Notes under the pieces: generated by a model | What the model was told of the DNA's origin: nothing | What the model saw: the letters and a program-made list of their open reading frames with translations, nothing else | Database searches by the model: none | Shown here: piece after piece, positions 12,236-25,465 of the stretch | Layout: each line of letters starts with the position of its first letter | Numbering within the stretch: position 1 is the first letter of the stretch | Made by a program: the position numbers and the translations under genes | Assembly (NCBI GenBank): GCA_951406725.2 | Contig: OX597825.1 | Location: 70,618,001 to 70,682,000 of the forward strand | DNA: 64,000 nt | From: Octopus vulgaris | Taxonomy: Eukaryota | Direction of reading: 5' to 3'

Positions 12236-13775
12236 TTGAGAGGGGTCGTTGCCAGTGCCGCTGGACTGGCTTCTGTGCTGGTAGCACGTAAAAGCACCCA
12301 CTACACTCTTGGAGTGGTTGGCGTTAGGAAGGGCAGTTCAGTAAAAGAGACCAATAGAATAAGTACCAGGCTTAAAAGGAATAAGTCCTTCAGTCAGTTT
12401 CTTCGACTAAAGGCAGTGCTCCAGCATGGCTGCAGTCAAATGACTGAAACAAATAAAAGAATATTGGAGGGAAAATGTAGTAACAGTGCTGATTTTATGG
12501 TTTGAGACATATTAGAAAGAACTTTGGAAGCAATGGCATGAAGATGTTTTTAAACAACTAACAGAGTTTAGAATAATATTGTCAGTATAACTATGGGCAA
12601 ACAACTATTGTGGGTTGTTACAAATATACAAGGTTTTGGTGTTACTAATCCTAGATGACACTGAATACAAAGAGAGAAACAAGAGATGACTGAGTGAAGT
12701 GTTGCTTCAAGGTTGCCCTGAAGCGCTTGTGAAAGTGGAACCAGATCATATAACAGTGAAATATTCATTTTTAAGCGAGAGCTCAAGTGTGATAATATAA
12801 TACAGTAAATGGATTTGAATTAGTTTAAATGGTTTTATTTTGGAGAATAGTATCCGAAAGACCATAGGGTATAAAGTGGGGAGCAACAAAACAAAAACAA
12901 GCCAACAAACATTGGAATTTGATCCTCAGAACTGAAATAGAATATAGTTAATATCAATTTATCAAGTGCCTAGCCACATAAACTCATGGGTTTTTTTGGG
13001 GTTTTTTTAGAGAAACCGCTAATTGCTATTAAGAGAGAGATCTCAAAATACAGAAAGAAAAGAAAGTGAAAACCCAAATTCAACAAATAGACAAATTAAT
13101 CATCTTAATAACCAATTAAATTTGTCGGTAATAAGTTGTGTCATGTTCAATGTTGTGGCTCTTAGACATGGTGTCTTCTTAAATAGTGTCACATTGTTGT
13201 TGTTGTTGTTGTTGTTGTTACTTAACACCAGGTCAAACCTACAGGAGCAGACCTACAATCTAATGACCTATAATCTAATGTCAACTTTGTTTCTTGTTCA
13301 AGATGCTCATCCTCCTATCATGTGTTTACCCTTCTAGTACCCGTCTAGAATTCCCTCTTTGTGCACTGGGCTGCTTTTGCAGACCCTTAACCCCAACCAC
13401 ATCCATCCGACCAATGTGGGAAGAATAGACCCACAAGTACCATGAGAACTGTTAGTAGGGTGTATCATGCTTTCACTAATTGTGTTTTTTGATGCTAGGG
13501 GACACAGGTGCTCTTTTTACCTTTCTACTCTTGATCCAAGGGCACATCCAGGATGTGACAGCTAGTGAGAGAAAGCCTTGTGACAGCATGGGATGAGACA
13601 ATAGGGCACTGCATTTTAGGCACTGATGATTTGGCATGGCTGACTGGGCATTCAACCTATTTTGGCAACAGTACCTTTTGGCTCAGGAGGTAAATACACC
13701 ATTGCACATGCATGCAGAAATATGCGCATACAAAAGACAGGTTGAAAGAGAAACAGAGAGAGGGAGGAAGGAAGG

Positions 13776-13807
<32 letters not shown>

Positions 13808-14661
13808 GGAGAGAGAGAGAGAGAAAGGAAGATATTACAATTTATTAACAGAACATAACTGATTTAAACACTTACCCTCTTGTCATACATGTAAGGAGAT
13901 ACAGAGAGAGAGAGAGAGAGAGAGAGGCAGACAGTCAAACAGACAGATTACAATTTATTAATTGAATACGATTGCCATAAACACCTTCCATCTCCTCAAA
14001 CACATAAAGTGAAATATACTCACATAAACAGACAGAGACAAACAGAGAAGGCGAGAGAAAGAGTAATTGAACACGATTAACACAAATGCTTTCCCTCTCC
14101 TCAAACACTTACAGAGAAATATGCTCACAAATGTAAACAGAGAGAGAGATACACACACACACACACACATAATACAGTTTATTAATTGAATACAACTGAT
14201 ATAAACACTTTCCCCCCTTCTAAAATATATCAAGAGAAATCTGCTCACATAGATAAACAGAAAAAAAAAGGGAGAGGGTGGGAAAGAGAGAGAAAAGAGG
14301 AAGAGAGAGAGAGGGGCAGGATGGGAGAGAGTGAGAGAAACCCTCAACTCAGTTACACCTGATAGGTGGCAGCACCAGTATGGCTGTGCCAAGCCGTCTC
14401 ATGCCCATGCTGTCAGTAGACTGGAATTAATTTTCAGTTAAGCCAGCCAGAGGAATGTGAACCCACAGCACCCCGTTCTCAAGAACACACACACACACAC
14501 ACATTCATACACTCACACTCACTCACACATTCATACACACACACACACATTCATACACACACACTCACTCATACACACACACACACTCACTCACACACAC
14601 ACACACTCACTCACACACACACACACACACACAGACACTCACTCACACACACTCACTCACT

Positions 14662-14714
<53 letters not shown>

Positions 14715-14950
14715 ACAAACAAACACACAGTGCAACGCCCAGTCCAGGAACTGAACCGACAAACTTATGATCACGAGTCCAACGCCCAAACCACTGGGTT
14801 ATGCAACCGGATTATGAAATTTAAAAAACAAATCATGAAATAAAAACGAAAGAAAAAAAGAAAAAAAGAAAGAAAAAGAAAAAAGAAAGAAAAAGAAAAA
14901 GAAAGAAAAAGAAAAAGAAAGAAAAAGAAAAAGAAGAAAGATCAACTTAC

Positions 14951-14990
14951 AACACTTTGTCTGTACTTGGATTTCGTACACTTGTTTTTC
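14951..14990 (-). CDS. MYO9: Myosin IX short exon (KKNKCTKSKYRQSV)
   Basis: 40 nt, TCTCAACAG acceptor, GTAAGT donor; phase 2/0 is required to join 22977 to 11887; basic segment like MYO9 RNKNFKSK. Confidence 0.85.
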
Positions 14991-15327
14991 CTGTTGAGAA
15001 GTGGAGTAACGAGTAATTAAAACCCCAACACATTTAAGTAGACAATTAAATGACATTTAGAAGACATAAAAACAACAGTGTCTATATAATGTATCTTGAA
15101 AGGATTGTTTTTTTTTTTGTTTCTTTTTTTGGTCAACCGGAATTATAATCATGTTTAAACTTTTTTTTTTTCATTGATTTAAATAATCTGTTAAAAATAT
15201 TTAAATACATCCACGCAAACACACATATGTTCATATATATATACATATATACATATATAAGAGCATAAATGGGGCTAAATTACTATTTTTCTTTTACAGA
15301 CTGCAACAATGTACAAAAAAAAACATA

Positions 15328-15368
<41 letters not shown>

Positions 15369-15414
15369 CTACATATATATAAAACATGTATACACATACA
15401 GATATATATATATA

Positions 15415-16692
15415 CAGGGTGCGGTGAATAAATTGTCGTCTAAATTATGCAAAAATGAAAATAATATTGACACCTCGTTTTAATAGATATATTTACCAAA
15501 ATTACATAAAAAATATCTTGAAATATTAAAGAGTAAATTTATTCAATAAAATCACCACTGGCTTCAACCATGGTTTCAAGATGACTTTGGAATCTTCTGC
15601 AACACTTCTGGAAAGCCTCCTTGTTTAAGTTGGTGACTGCTGCTATAATCCTTGTCTTCAGTTCATCTTTGGTGTTACAAGGGGTTTTGTTGGTCTCTCA
15701 CTCAACTGTGCCCCACACACAATAATCAAGGGGGTTGCAAGTCTGGGGAGTTAGGTGACCAGATGTTAGGGGTGATGTGGTTTCAGGAATTGTCTGACAG
15801 CCATCACTGGGTTCTTCTACTTGTAAGGCATGGTGCAGAGTCCTGTTGCCAGACATAGTGTCTTCCAACAGCCACCCTCTTCACCCAGGGCAGCACTAAC
15901 TCTTGCAGACACTTGATGTAGGTCTCCGTGTTGAGTCTGAGACCCTGTGGGAAGATGAATGAAGGCCTAACATCGCCATCACTAGTGAACACACCAAACA
16001 CCATGATGTTTGATTTTTATCACTCCCGGTACATGTTTTGGGGACATGGCAAACCAATGGTTGCTCTATGTGTTCACTATTTGATCCTGGCAGAAATTTT
16101 TCTCGTGTGAGAATAACCAAAGCATGTTCGGTTGTAAGGAATGTTCAAGTTAGTTCAAAAGCTTCATAGTGATGTCTTTCCTCGTCCTTGATGGCTTGGG
16201 ATAAAAATTGGCACTTTCTTATCTTGTATGAGGAATACTGAATGGCTTCATGCACTACCTGCCTGATAAGAAACCCAGACACTCCCATGTTCTTGACAAT
16301 GGACCTGATTGACTTGGCGGGATCATTGTCAACCATGGCTTGGATCTCACCAGCAAATTCAGGAGTTCTTTTCTTATCAGAACAATCAGTGAGTTTTCTG
16401 AGCTGCCATACCTTTGTAATCACCATTAGATTCATCCAATTCTTTCTGAATCCTCTGCACTATCCTCAGATTCACACCTAAACACGCTGAAATGTTTGTA
16501 TTGAAGCTTCCAGCGCGAATGCCAAGCAGTACAGTATGTCGTTTCCAAATTTCTGGCAGAGTGAATTGCGTCATGGTGCTGTTTTTCTCACAGATGGTGC
16601 CCAACTGACCCTACTATGCTGTGTGGTCAACAAAATCAAAAACAAACAATGTGCAAAATAAAAAACAGCGACAATTTACCCATCGCAGCCTG
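15415..16692 (-). mobile_element. Decayed Tc1/mariner element, DD37D (maT) type, about 1.28 kb
   Basis: Imperfect TIRs CAGGGTGCGGTGAATAAATTGTCG / CGACAATTTACCCATCGCAGCCTG, TA flanks. Transposase fragments (WQQDSAPC...W.PNSPD.NPLDY) with stops and frameshifts; 37 residues between the last two Asp after one frameshift correction. Confidence 0.9.
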
Positions 16693-17418
16693 TATATACA
16701 GACTTATACATACACACATACACATATATATATATATATACATATACAGATACATATATACATACATATATGCATACACACAGATATACAGAAAGCGAAA
16801 TATGTATAATGACTATATTTTTATTAAGAATTCAAGACATTAGGGAGACTAGACATGGAAGAGTCCCATACGACAGAGAAAGACTTTCCAATTTACAACA
16901 CTAAAATACAACAGCACTACAGAACAAGGAAAAACTTATTTACAACAGTGAAATACAACAAAACCACTGCAAAAACTGTCTAATTTGCAACACAAAAATA
17001 GCAATATTACCTCTGTAAGATTAGTTTACAAGACTAATAATGTCCAAAAGTATGACCAAAAATCTAATTAACAACACTAAAGTACAACAGTGACAAAAGG
17101 CTGTCAGAGGTTTAACATTCAAAACTGTTTCTGAACAAGCTGACAGTTTTAAATAAAACATTGAACAATGAATGCTATGGTTAAAGATATGTGATATATG
17201 TATGTATTAAACTCTGTGTGTGTGTGTGTGGATGTGTGTGTGTGCTGGTAGGTTATTCATCCATTACTGCACAGTTTCACCAGTAAGACTGCTTTGTGAA
17301 ACTCCAGTATGGGATGAAGAACTAACTTACAGTACCATTTAATACACAAGCACACATCCACTCTATAACAGCACTAAGTTTTTTTGTGTGTGTGTTTTGG
17401 TGTTATTACACATTAGAA

Positions 17419-17419
17419 A

Positions 17420-17479
<60 letters not shown>

Positions 17480-17514
17480 ACATATGTATGTATGTATGTA
17501 TATGTGTGTGCATA

Positions 17515-17558
<44 letters not shown>

Positions 17559-17831
17559 TATGTATGTAAGTATGTATGTGTGTGTGTGGATATGTGTGTG
17601 TGTATATATATATATATACATATACACATATATATGTATGTAAGTATGTATGTATGTGTGTGTGTGTGTGTGTATGTATGTGTGTATGTATGTGTGTATG
17701 TATGTGTGTGTGTATGTGTGTATGTATGTGTGTGTGTATGTATGTATGTATATATATATATATATATATATAACGGGGAGCTTTATGAAAACAAACAAAA
17801 GACGAAGGCAGGTGGAAAACAAACGAACAAT

Positions 17832-17864
<33 letters not shown>

Positions 17865-17870
17865 ATATGT
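17419..17870. repeat. Representative compound microsatellite block (TA/TG/TATG)
   Basis: Similar blocks at about 184-430, 14484-14730, 32850-33030, 43690-44220, 51150-51880, 52380-52690, 54060-54300, 59731-59826 and 62590-62900. Confidence 0.95.
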
Positions 17871-18193
17871 ATGGTATTACTGAGAGACAGTGAAGCTACA
17901 TAAATATACAAAAACACACACCAAAACAAAACAAACACACACAAAGTAACAAGAACTGTTGGTAGATTGATTACAGAGGTCCAAGTTCAAATTCTGGCAA
18001 TACCACATAGCACTGCAGTTATCAATTTTTTCACTCCCTAACTTAATCGCCCTCATCAAAAACATGCTCTGGTCAACTCCAAGTCTGTCATATCCACATT
18101 GATTTAAATTTCTCAATTGTAACCCACCTATCACATAACACAGACAGCAATACCACACATTTCAGGGAAAGAGTACAATTGATTACTAAAAAT

Positions 18194-18227
<34 letters not shown>

Positions 18228-18910
18228 AGCCATGTTGAAGGATCAAAAGAAATGCCAGGTCTCACCTACTATGAGAATTCATCCCAGTAAATGCACATCT
18301 TTAACATAACAAAGACTGACAACATCTAGAAATGGGCCTTCCCCTTTGCCCCTTTGGTACCAGAAAATAAAATACTTCACCCTCCTCCAACAACTAGTAA
18401 CTCCCTTACAAAGCTCAAGAGAGACTCCCAATGGAGTATTGCTCCTGCATTTTGGACAGTCCCACTGTCACACCCAGACATCAAAGACCCCCCCCCCCCG
18501 CTTCCCATCCAATGAAAAGTCGTCAACTGATTGCTATGAAGTCACTAACAAACACACTCCAGCCTCTGACCCACAGGCTTTCTGTGTCCTCGCTGCCTTT
18601 TCTGCCACTTCTACGATGGCCTCTGCCCTTAGGAGCTTCCTGGACTCATGTCACCTATACTTAGGCACTACCAACTCAATTACCCCCACCCCCGTCACTC
18701 CCCAGTCATATTTTGCATCCATCACCCCTGGGTCCTGCAATTATCTCTATACTCAGCCTTTCCAACCAGTATGCCAGCCCTCTGGATTTCCTTTCATGTA
18801 AATATTTTAACAACAATTGTCTGATGGTTCATTACATCGATTTCACCAGCGTCAGAGGGCCTATGAAAGCCAAAAACCCAAGCCCTTCTTCCAAACCAAT
18901 CTAATATATA
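17770..18910. mobile_element. Possible highly decayed Penelope-like retroelement remnants
   Basis: C-rich non-microsatellite sequence loosely resembling RT C-terminal and GIY-YIG tail regions; no intact ORF. Confidence 0.3.
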
Positions 18911-19390
18911 CACCAAAATAATAAGAGGCTCCTGTGATCTACCATATACACATACAGTATATGCACCTGTCACATCAACACATATCCAATACTTACAAAC
19001 CCACAGCAGGGGGCAGGAGTTCAGAAACTGAGATGCACAAAAGGAATTGCAAGGGTACACAGGGCTGTAATGACACGGGAATTCTGAAGTAATTACAACA
19101 AAAAGCAACTTGTGTGTCAGGGAAATGTGTAGAGAGCCTTTTGCTGTTCCCATTATTTTATTTTGTTGTTAACAAGGATTTTCAGCATTGTTTATCATTT
19201 CAGAATGATATAAGAGCGTACATCCCTGAAACTGGACCAAGAATTGGGTTACTAGGTAGAAAGAGCCAAACTCATTAAACCTCATTAAAAATGTAAAATT
19301 TAAATAAAATGAAGTTGGCTTCTTATAGTGGCACAAGGGCAGGGACACACACATAAAGAATAGGAAGGAAAAGTCAACTATATAGACCCC

Positions 19391-19620
19391 AAGGCGGCAA
19401 GCTAGCAGAAACATTAGCACGCCGGGCGAAATGCGTAGCCGTATTTCGTCTGCCGTTACGTTCTGAGTTCAAAATCCGCCGAGGTCCACTTTGTCTTTCA
19501 TCCTTTCGGTGTCGATTAAATAAGTACCAGTTACGCGCTGGGGTCGATGCAATCGACTTAATTCGTTTGTCTGTCCTTGTTTGTCCACTCTATGTTTAGC
19601 CCCTTGTGGGTAGTAAAGAA
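19391..19620 (+). mobile_element. tRNA-derived SINE (GGCGGCGAGCTGGCAGAA family)
   Basis: B-box-like GAGTTCAAATTCC and core CCTTTCATCCTTTCGGGGTCGAT..AAGTACC; copies at about 4640-5060 (tandem pair), 8066-8260, 26050-26260, 34130-34360, 43055-43205(-) and 57575-57825(-). Confidence 0.8.
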
Positions 19621-21354
19621 ACATATATAGACCCCAATACTTGACTGGTACTATATTTTACCATGACATGATAACATAGTCAAGTCATTTCAGTTCTTTC
19701 ATGTAAAAGGGAGTAACATGTATACACCATAAGCATATGTGATGGTGAAGCAATGATCGACAGGTCATCAGCATGACTTTATTTTGATCGTTGGTTGAAG
19801 GTATTTCAACGTCATTTAGGTCATCAACATTCTTGGGAAAACACAAATGTCAATATCTCAATTTCTCATTAATTACAGTTAATAGAGTCAAATGATTCAT
19901 TAATTGATGCCTCTCTAATTTCCAAAAGTTAAGCAACAAATTTTAGCAGATCAGCAACAGGAGATAAATATTATCTTCTATATTCAATGACTGATGCAAT
20001 GTAATAACTGTGCCCTCAATATACTTGACCAATCTCTAGCTTGGAGGATTCCAGTGGAAAGAGTCATCAAATAATGACACACAAATTCTTTTAACCTGTG
20101 AGCCATCATAGCAGTATCTTCATTATTTAGAATTTGTATTCCATGCTGGAAAGGGTTGTACAGTTTGACAGGATCTGACAGGTCAGAGGAATGTGGCAAG
20201 TTCCAATATCGGTTTGAACATGGTTTCTATGGCAAGATGTCTTTCTAAAAGCCAACCACTTTACAGAGTATAGTGTGTACCTTTTCACATCACTGGCACT
20301 AGTAAGGCTACCAAGTAACTCACAAGACAAAACCCTTTGATTGTGAGATATGGGCAGGTAGTATTGATGGGTGCAGCTTATGCTAAACGTTGAGAAGCAA
20401 GAATATGACAGAGAGATAGGGATAGATGTCTTGCTGGGGAGGAGATACATGGCTACCCCAATGCACCTGATACACTTAGAATTCATATTGTTACTAATAG
20501 AATTCATATTACCTTAAGTAATTTTTTTTTTCTTCAAGCAAGGGAACTTACATTCCATAGATCTTTGAGACTATTTACTCTGTCTCTGGTTAATCCAAGG
20601 ATAGAGTAGAGGATATCTGCTTTGCCCATGGTGCCATGGTGTGAGACTGACCCCCACCCTAACCATAAAATTGTGAAGCAAACTTTTTAACTGTGCAACC
20701 ATACTAGTGCCTTGATAAGTATTAAGTGTGCGTGTGTGTGTGTGTATGTGTCTGTGCGCGCGTACATGAGCATGCATGTGTGACACGTGTGCATGGTAAG
20801 TTTGTGTGTGTGTGAGAGAGAGAGAGAAAGAGAGCATGTGTACATGGTAATGAGAAGGAGGAGGAGGAAAATTACGATGATGGTGGTGGTGGTAGTGATG
20901 GTGATGGCGGTGGTGGTGATGGTGGTGGTGGTGGTAAAGGTGGTGGTGATGGTGGAGAGGAGGAGGAGAAGGAGGATGTGGAGGCTGTGGCAGCAGCAGT
21001 GTTATAACAAAAAGAAAAACCTGAAAAGCTAGGTCTCCTAGTTTTACTATTTTGTCTTTTGTATTTTGTCCTTTTTGTGTTATTATTCTTGTTGTTGTAG
21101 TTGTTGTAGTAGCAGCAGCAGTAGTAGTAGTGGTAGCGGTAGCAGTGAGTTATTTCAACACTGATTAAGTAGAACAACAACAACAACACCAACATCATCA
21201 TTGACATCATCATTGTCAACAACAACAAGAACAACAACACCAAACACAACAGCCTAACAAATAAGCAACTACCAACAAAAACAAAAAAAAGCACACAACA
21301 CAGGAACAACAGAAGAAGCTCTCTCTTTCTTTCTTTCTTTCTCTCTCTCTCTCT

Positions 21355-21388
<34 letters not shown>

Positions 21389-22336
21389 AGCCAACTCAAG
21401 ACCATGGGTCAAAAGAATCAAAAGATCAAGAGCTCAGTTTAAATAAAGACAAAACAAGACTAAAACCTAAATATTTCAGTAACAGTTTGAGATGGGAGAA
21501 AAATAACAACAACACAGATATACAATGGGAGGCGGGGTTGAACCAAATAGGTACCACTTGCTAAGTGACCTATCACTGATTATATGGAGAGCTTACAATT
21601 CCATCTTCCTGAAATTAGACATTTTATATTAGGTGCGGGCATGGTTGTGTGGTTAAGAAGTTCACTTGCCAGCCACATAGTTTCAGTTTCTGTCCCTACA
21701 CTACCCCTCAAGCAAGTGTCTTTCTTATGTCAAAGATCAGGGCCAACCAGTGCCTCATGAGAGAAACTGTATGTAGTTCATCATATGCATGCATTCATAT
21801 GTCTATATGTGCATTTGTGACTGAGTGAATGTTTACATTCTGTGCCGAGCTGAACTGAGTTACAGACAGTGACGTTTGTTGACATTACTCTGTTCACAAA
21901 TCATCCGATAGTTCTGTGCTTTTGAAAATGTATTTTTTGAAGAAGACTGGAAATGAAGCCCTCGCTCAGATTTCTTTAATATTGTATCAATATCTCACAC
22001 AGAGAACCCACAGCAAGAGGTAGATACTGAGTTACAGCCCCTTGCCTCTCATTAGTGAGCCTGTAGTTATTTTTCTGTCTCAAACTGTTAACCATAATAA
22101 TGTTTACGCATTGTTTTACATTAATTCTTTTTGTGATCATATTTCCGATGAACCAAATGGCCAAAGCATTTAAGTTAATTTTGTAAATAAACAAGAATTT
22201 AAATACGGATTCAGTGAAATTATTTTGTCATTATTAAACTGGCATCTGTAACAACACAAACGGTTCTAACATCAAACCATGACAGAAGGTCTTACTCTAA
22301 GCACAAACAATTTCAAGTGAAGGGTTTTGTATAAAT

Positions 22337-22797
22337 CAGTGGTTCTCAACCAAAGGGGTCAATTAAGATTTCGTTGTTAAAGCTTATGTACAATAAATTG
22401 GTCATACTTCTACAATACATGAAATATTTAACAATTTTTTAAATACAATTCCTAATTAATATTTAATTATAAAAATATAATTGAATTTTTTAGACCCTTT
22501 TGTTACCACATTTCTGTTGAAATATAATAATTTCATTTTAGATCATTTTAATAATAATTTAAAATTTACTCAAATAACTGTCATTATTAAACAGGTGTTT
22601 GGAACAAATTAACCTGAAATTTTGATGAAAGATTTTAATTCATATCACTTTAAAATCAGGGATTTGTCTCACAAAACCAGGGGTGGTTTCAGGCAGGTTG
22701 GTATCAAAAGGGTCAAACATTAACTTGGGCATGTGGGTCTGAGTAAAACAGGAATCAAAGGGAGGAGCCATAAGCAAAAAATGGTTGAGAATCACTG
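22337..22797. mobile_element. hAT-like MITE containing a nested piggyBac-like MITE
   Basis: TIRs CAGTGGTTCTCAACC / GGTTGAGAATCACTG; nested CCCTTTTG...CAAAAGGG element at about 22490-22716. Confidence 0.6.
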
Positions 22798-22976
22798 ATA
22801 CAAAATGAACCATGCATGGTCTCAAATGGATTGGAATCTTCACAGAGTTGGAAGTTCATTCATTCATTTCATTTGGTCACAAAACTAAAACTACCGAGGA
22901 GACAGGGGTCAAGTTAGCTATCTAAGGGAAAGGAATCAAAGTTAAGAAAAATAGTCGAGATGGTTAGGACACGTAC

Positions 22977-23417
22977 TTAATCACCTGCTGTGCCTTCATA
23001 ATGACGAGGGCATCAGCTACTGGTAGATAGTTCTCTACAGGACTGGTAATTACATGATCAGTCGTCTTGTTGTGACCCAGGGTATGGCTATGATGACAGC
23101 TGTCTGTACTGCTGCCAATGACACCACACACTCTGCTGCCACTGGGACAAGATGTTGGATGCGAGACAGCAAAATGGTCAGTAGCAGTGGTAAGAGGAAG
23201 AGGAGGAGTTGCGTTGGAAGAATTAGTAGTAGTATGAGTAGTAGTGTTAATAGCAGCAGCTGTAGTAGCAGTCGTGGCTTGCTTGTGTTTTGTAGAGAAA
23301 GGACATGCAATACTGGTCGTTTGGTTCTCATGCAGTGGCAGTGCTGTTCTCTCTCTGGAAGGAGGAGAGGATACACCATTGACTGGTAGCAGGTCACCAT
23401 TCCCAGCATGCCGTATA
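22977..23417 (-). CDS. MYO9: Myosin IX loop-2 insert exon, 147 codons, Thr/Ser-rich (IRHAGNGDLL...ENYLPVADALVIMKAQQVI)
   Basis: 441 nt open frame, TTTTCTATAG acceptor, GTACGT donor, phase 2/2 consistent with neighbours. Confidence 0.85.
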
Positions 23418-25053
23418 CTATAGAAAACAGAAAGAAATTTGCTCCAAACAAGATGGTATCAACATGGTTAACAAAAATTACAACTTTTTATGCACACATA
23501 CACACATACACTCTCTCACATACACGCACATACATAAACCAGCACACACACAAATACAAACGAAGGCTGATGTTTAACCCAATAACGCCTATTCTTGAAT
23601 CTTCAAATACTAAATTCTTACAGAAGGTAAACAACAAAACCAAAAACTCAGACAAGACCAAAAGAAAATTTTTACATTGGAAAAATATTAATTACTGCAT
23701 GCAAACAATTACAAAATCCGACAGGTATTGCTGAATTATTACCATCTGAGAAATTCATATATTTATACATGAAAATTAAAATTCTTTTTCCATGAAAACA
23801 CACTCCTAACTTAAGCTGCAAAAGACTAATAAACATTTTTTTTTTGTATGTGTGTATATTTATAATTTAGGCGTTATAGAGTTAAGGTAAATGTTTAACA
23901 ATAACAATAAGAAAAATCTGTTAACAGGGTTCCTCCAAAATCACAACTAATGTTACCTGATGATTGCCAGACGCCTATGAAAACCAGTAACAGCTCCGTG
24001 GCTTAATTATTATGTTTAAAAAGACAATAACAACAATCAATGAGCATGTATTCTTCTAATTCACCATTCAACGACTTTTAACTAAAGATCATCAAATGCA
24101 TGTGAAACTCAATAACAACACCAAGATTATAAGTTATATTTAAAAACAAAAAAAAAACCAATGCACATAAATCCATCTATATATAACAATAGCAACAATC
24201 ATTATCTAATGATCACTAAATGCATATGAAACCCAGTAATCATAATAATAATAATAATTATAATAATAATAAAGTGTTATTATGTACATTGTTTTGTCTT
24301 GCATTAAAACATGGCTTACAGCAAATATTCTGCTCAATAACACAGATTTACTTGTCAGTTGTTTGACCTTAACCAGTTGAGCATGTCCCTTAGTGGCTGA
24401 CAATATGTGCATCTCTGATCATGAGTAGAAGTAGTAGGAGAGCATCATAGCCATGTGCCAAGAGGAATTCTTAGAGGTTTGGATAATTCACCTCTGGAAA
24501 CATGGGTGTTTTGTTCAACATCCTTAAACAACCCTTATTCAGGGACCTTTTGAGCGGGATGGGCTACTCAACCAGAAGATAATTCTAACTGGGCCCCACC
24601 TGCAAGGTCATGAGCTGTTTATCTTGATATGAGATCACCATGTCGCGCACATATGGTTGTGATGCATGTGCCTAGTGTACCCTTATCAGACAGGTAGTCA
24701 TGATGGGTATACTGGGCTTCGTATATTTTACCCCAGTGTCACTTTGATGGCATGCACAGCTCTCTCACTCAATAATAATAATAATAATAATTTTTGTTTA
24801 ACTTCCTTAGACAACCCTTATTCAGGGACCTTTTGAGTGAGATGGGCTACTTGACCTGAAGAAAATTCTAACTGAGCCCAACCTGTAAGGTCATGCGCTG
24901 TTTATCTTGATATGAGATAAGCATGTAGTACGCATATGGTTGAGATGCATGTGCCTGGTGTACCCTTATCAGACGGGTAGTCATGATGGGTATACTGGGC
25001 TTCGTATATTTTACCCCAGTGTTACTTTGATGGCATGCACTGCTCTCTCATTC

Positions 25054-25093
<40 letters not shown>

Positions 25094-25425
25094 GTTATTC
25101 TTTCTTATTTTGGCACAAGGCCAACAATTTTGAAGTGGAGAAGTTGATTACATTGACCCTAGTGCTCAAATGGTACTTCATTCATTGACCCCAAAAGAAT
25201 GAAAGGCAAAGTCAACCTCGTCATTTGAACTCAGAATGTAAAAACAAACATTTTGTCCAGGATGGGGACAGTTCTGTCAGCTCAACACTTTAGTAATAAT
25301 AATAATAATTGATGAGTATGAATCTAACTATATGATAATAAATACATAAATAAAAATGACAATCACTTCTAAATTTTTTAAACCAAAATACAGTAAATAT
25401 AAGTACATCCATATATGTGAATATA

Positions 25426-25465
<40 letters not shown>

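Noticed and set aside
19391-19480. tRNA gene calls at SINE heads
   Set aside because: Only A/B-box-like motifs, no complete cloverleaf; these are multicopy SINE heads
23050-23451. Supplied hydrophobic 133-aa minus ORF and 111-aa plus ORF
   Set aside because: They are alternative frames of the myosin exon 22977-23417; splice phases select a different frame
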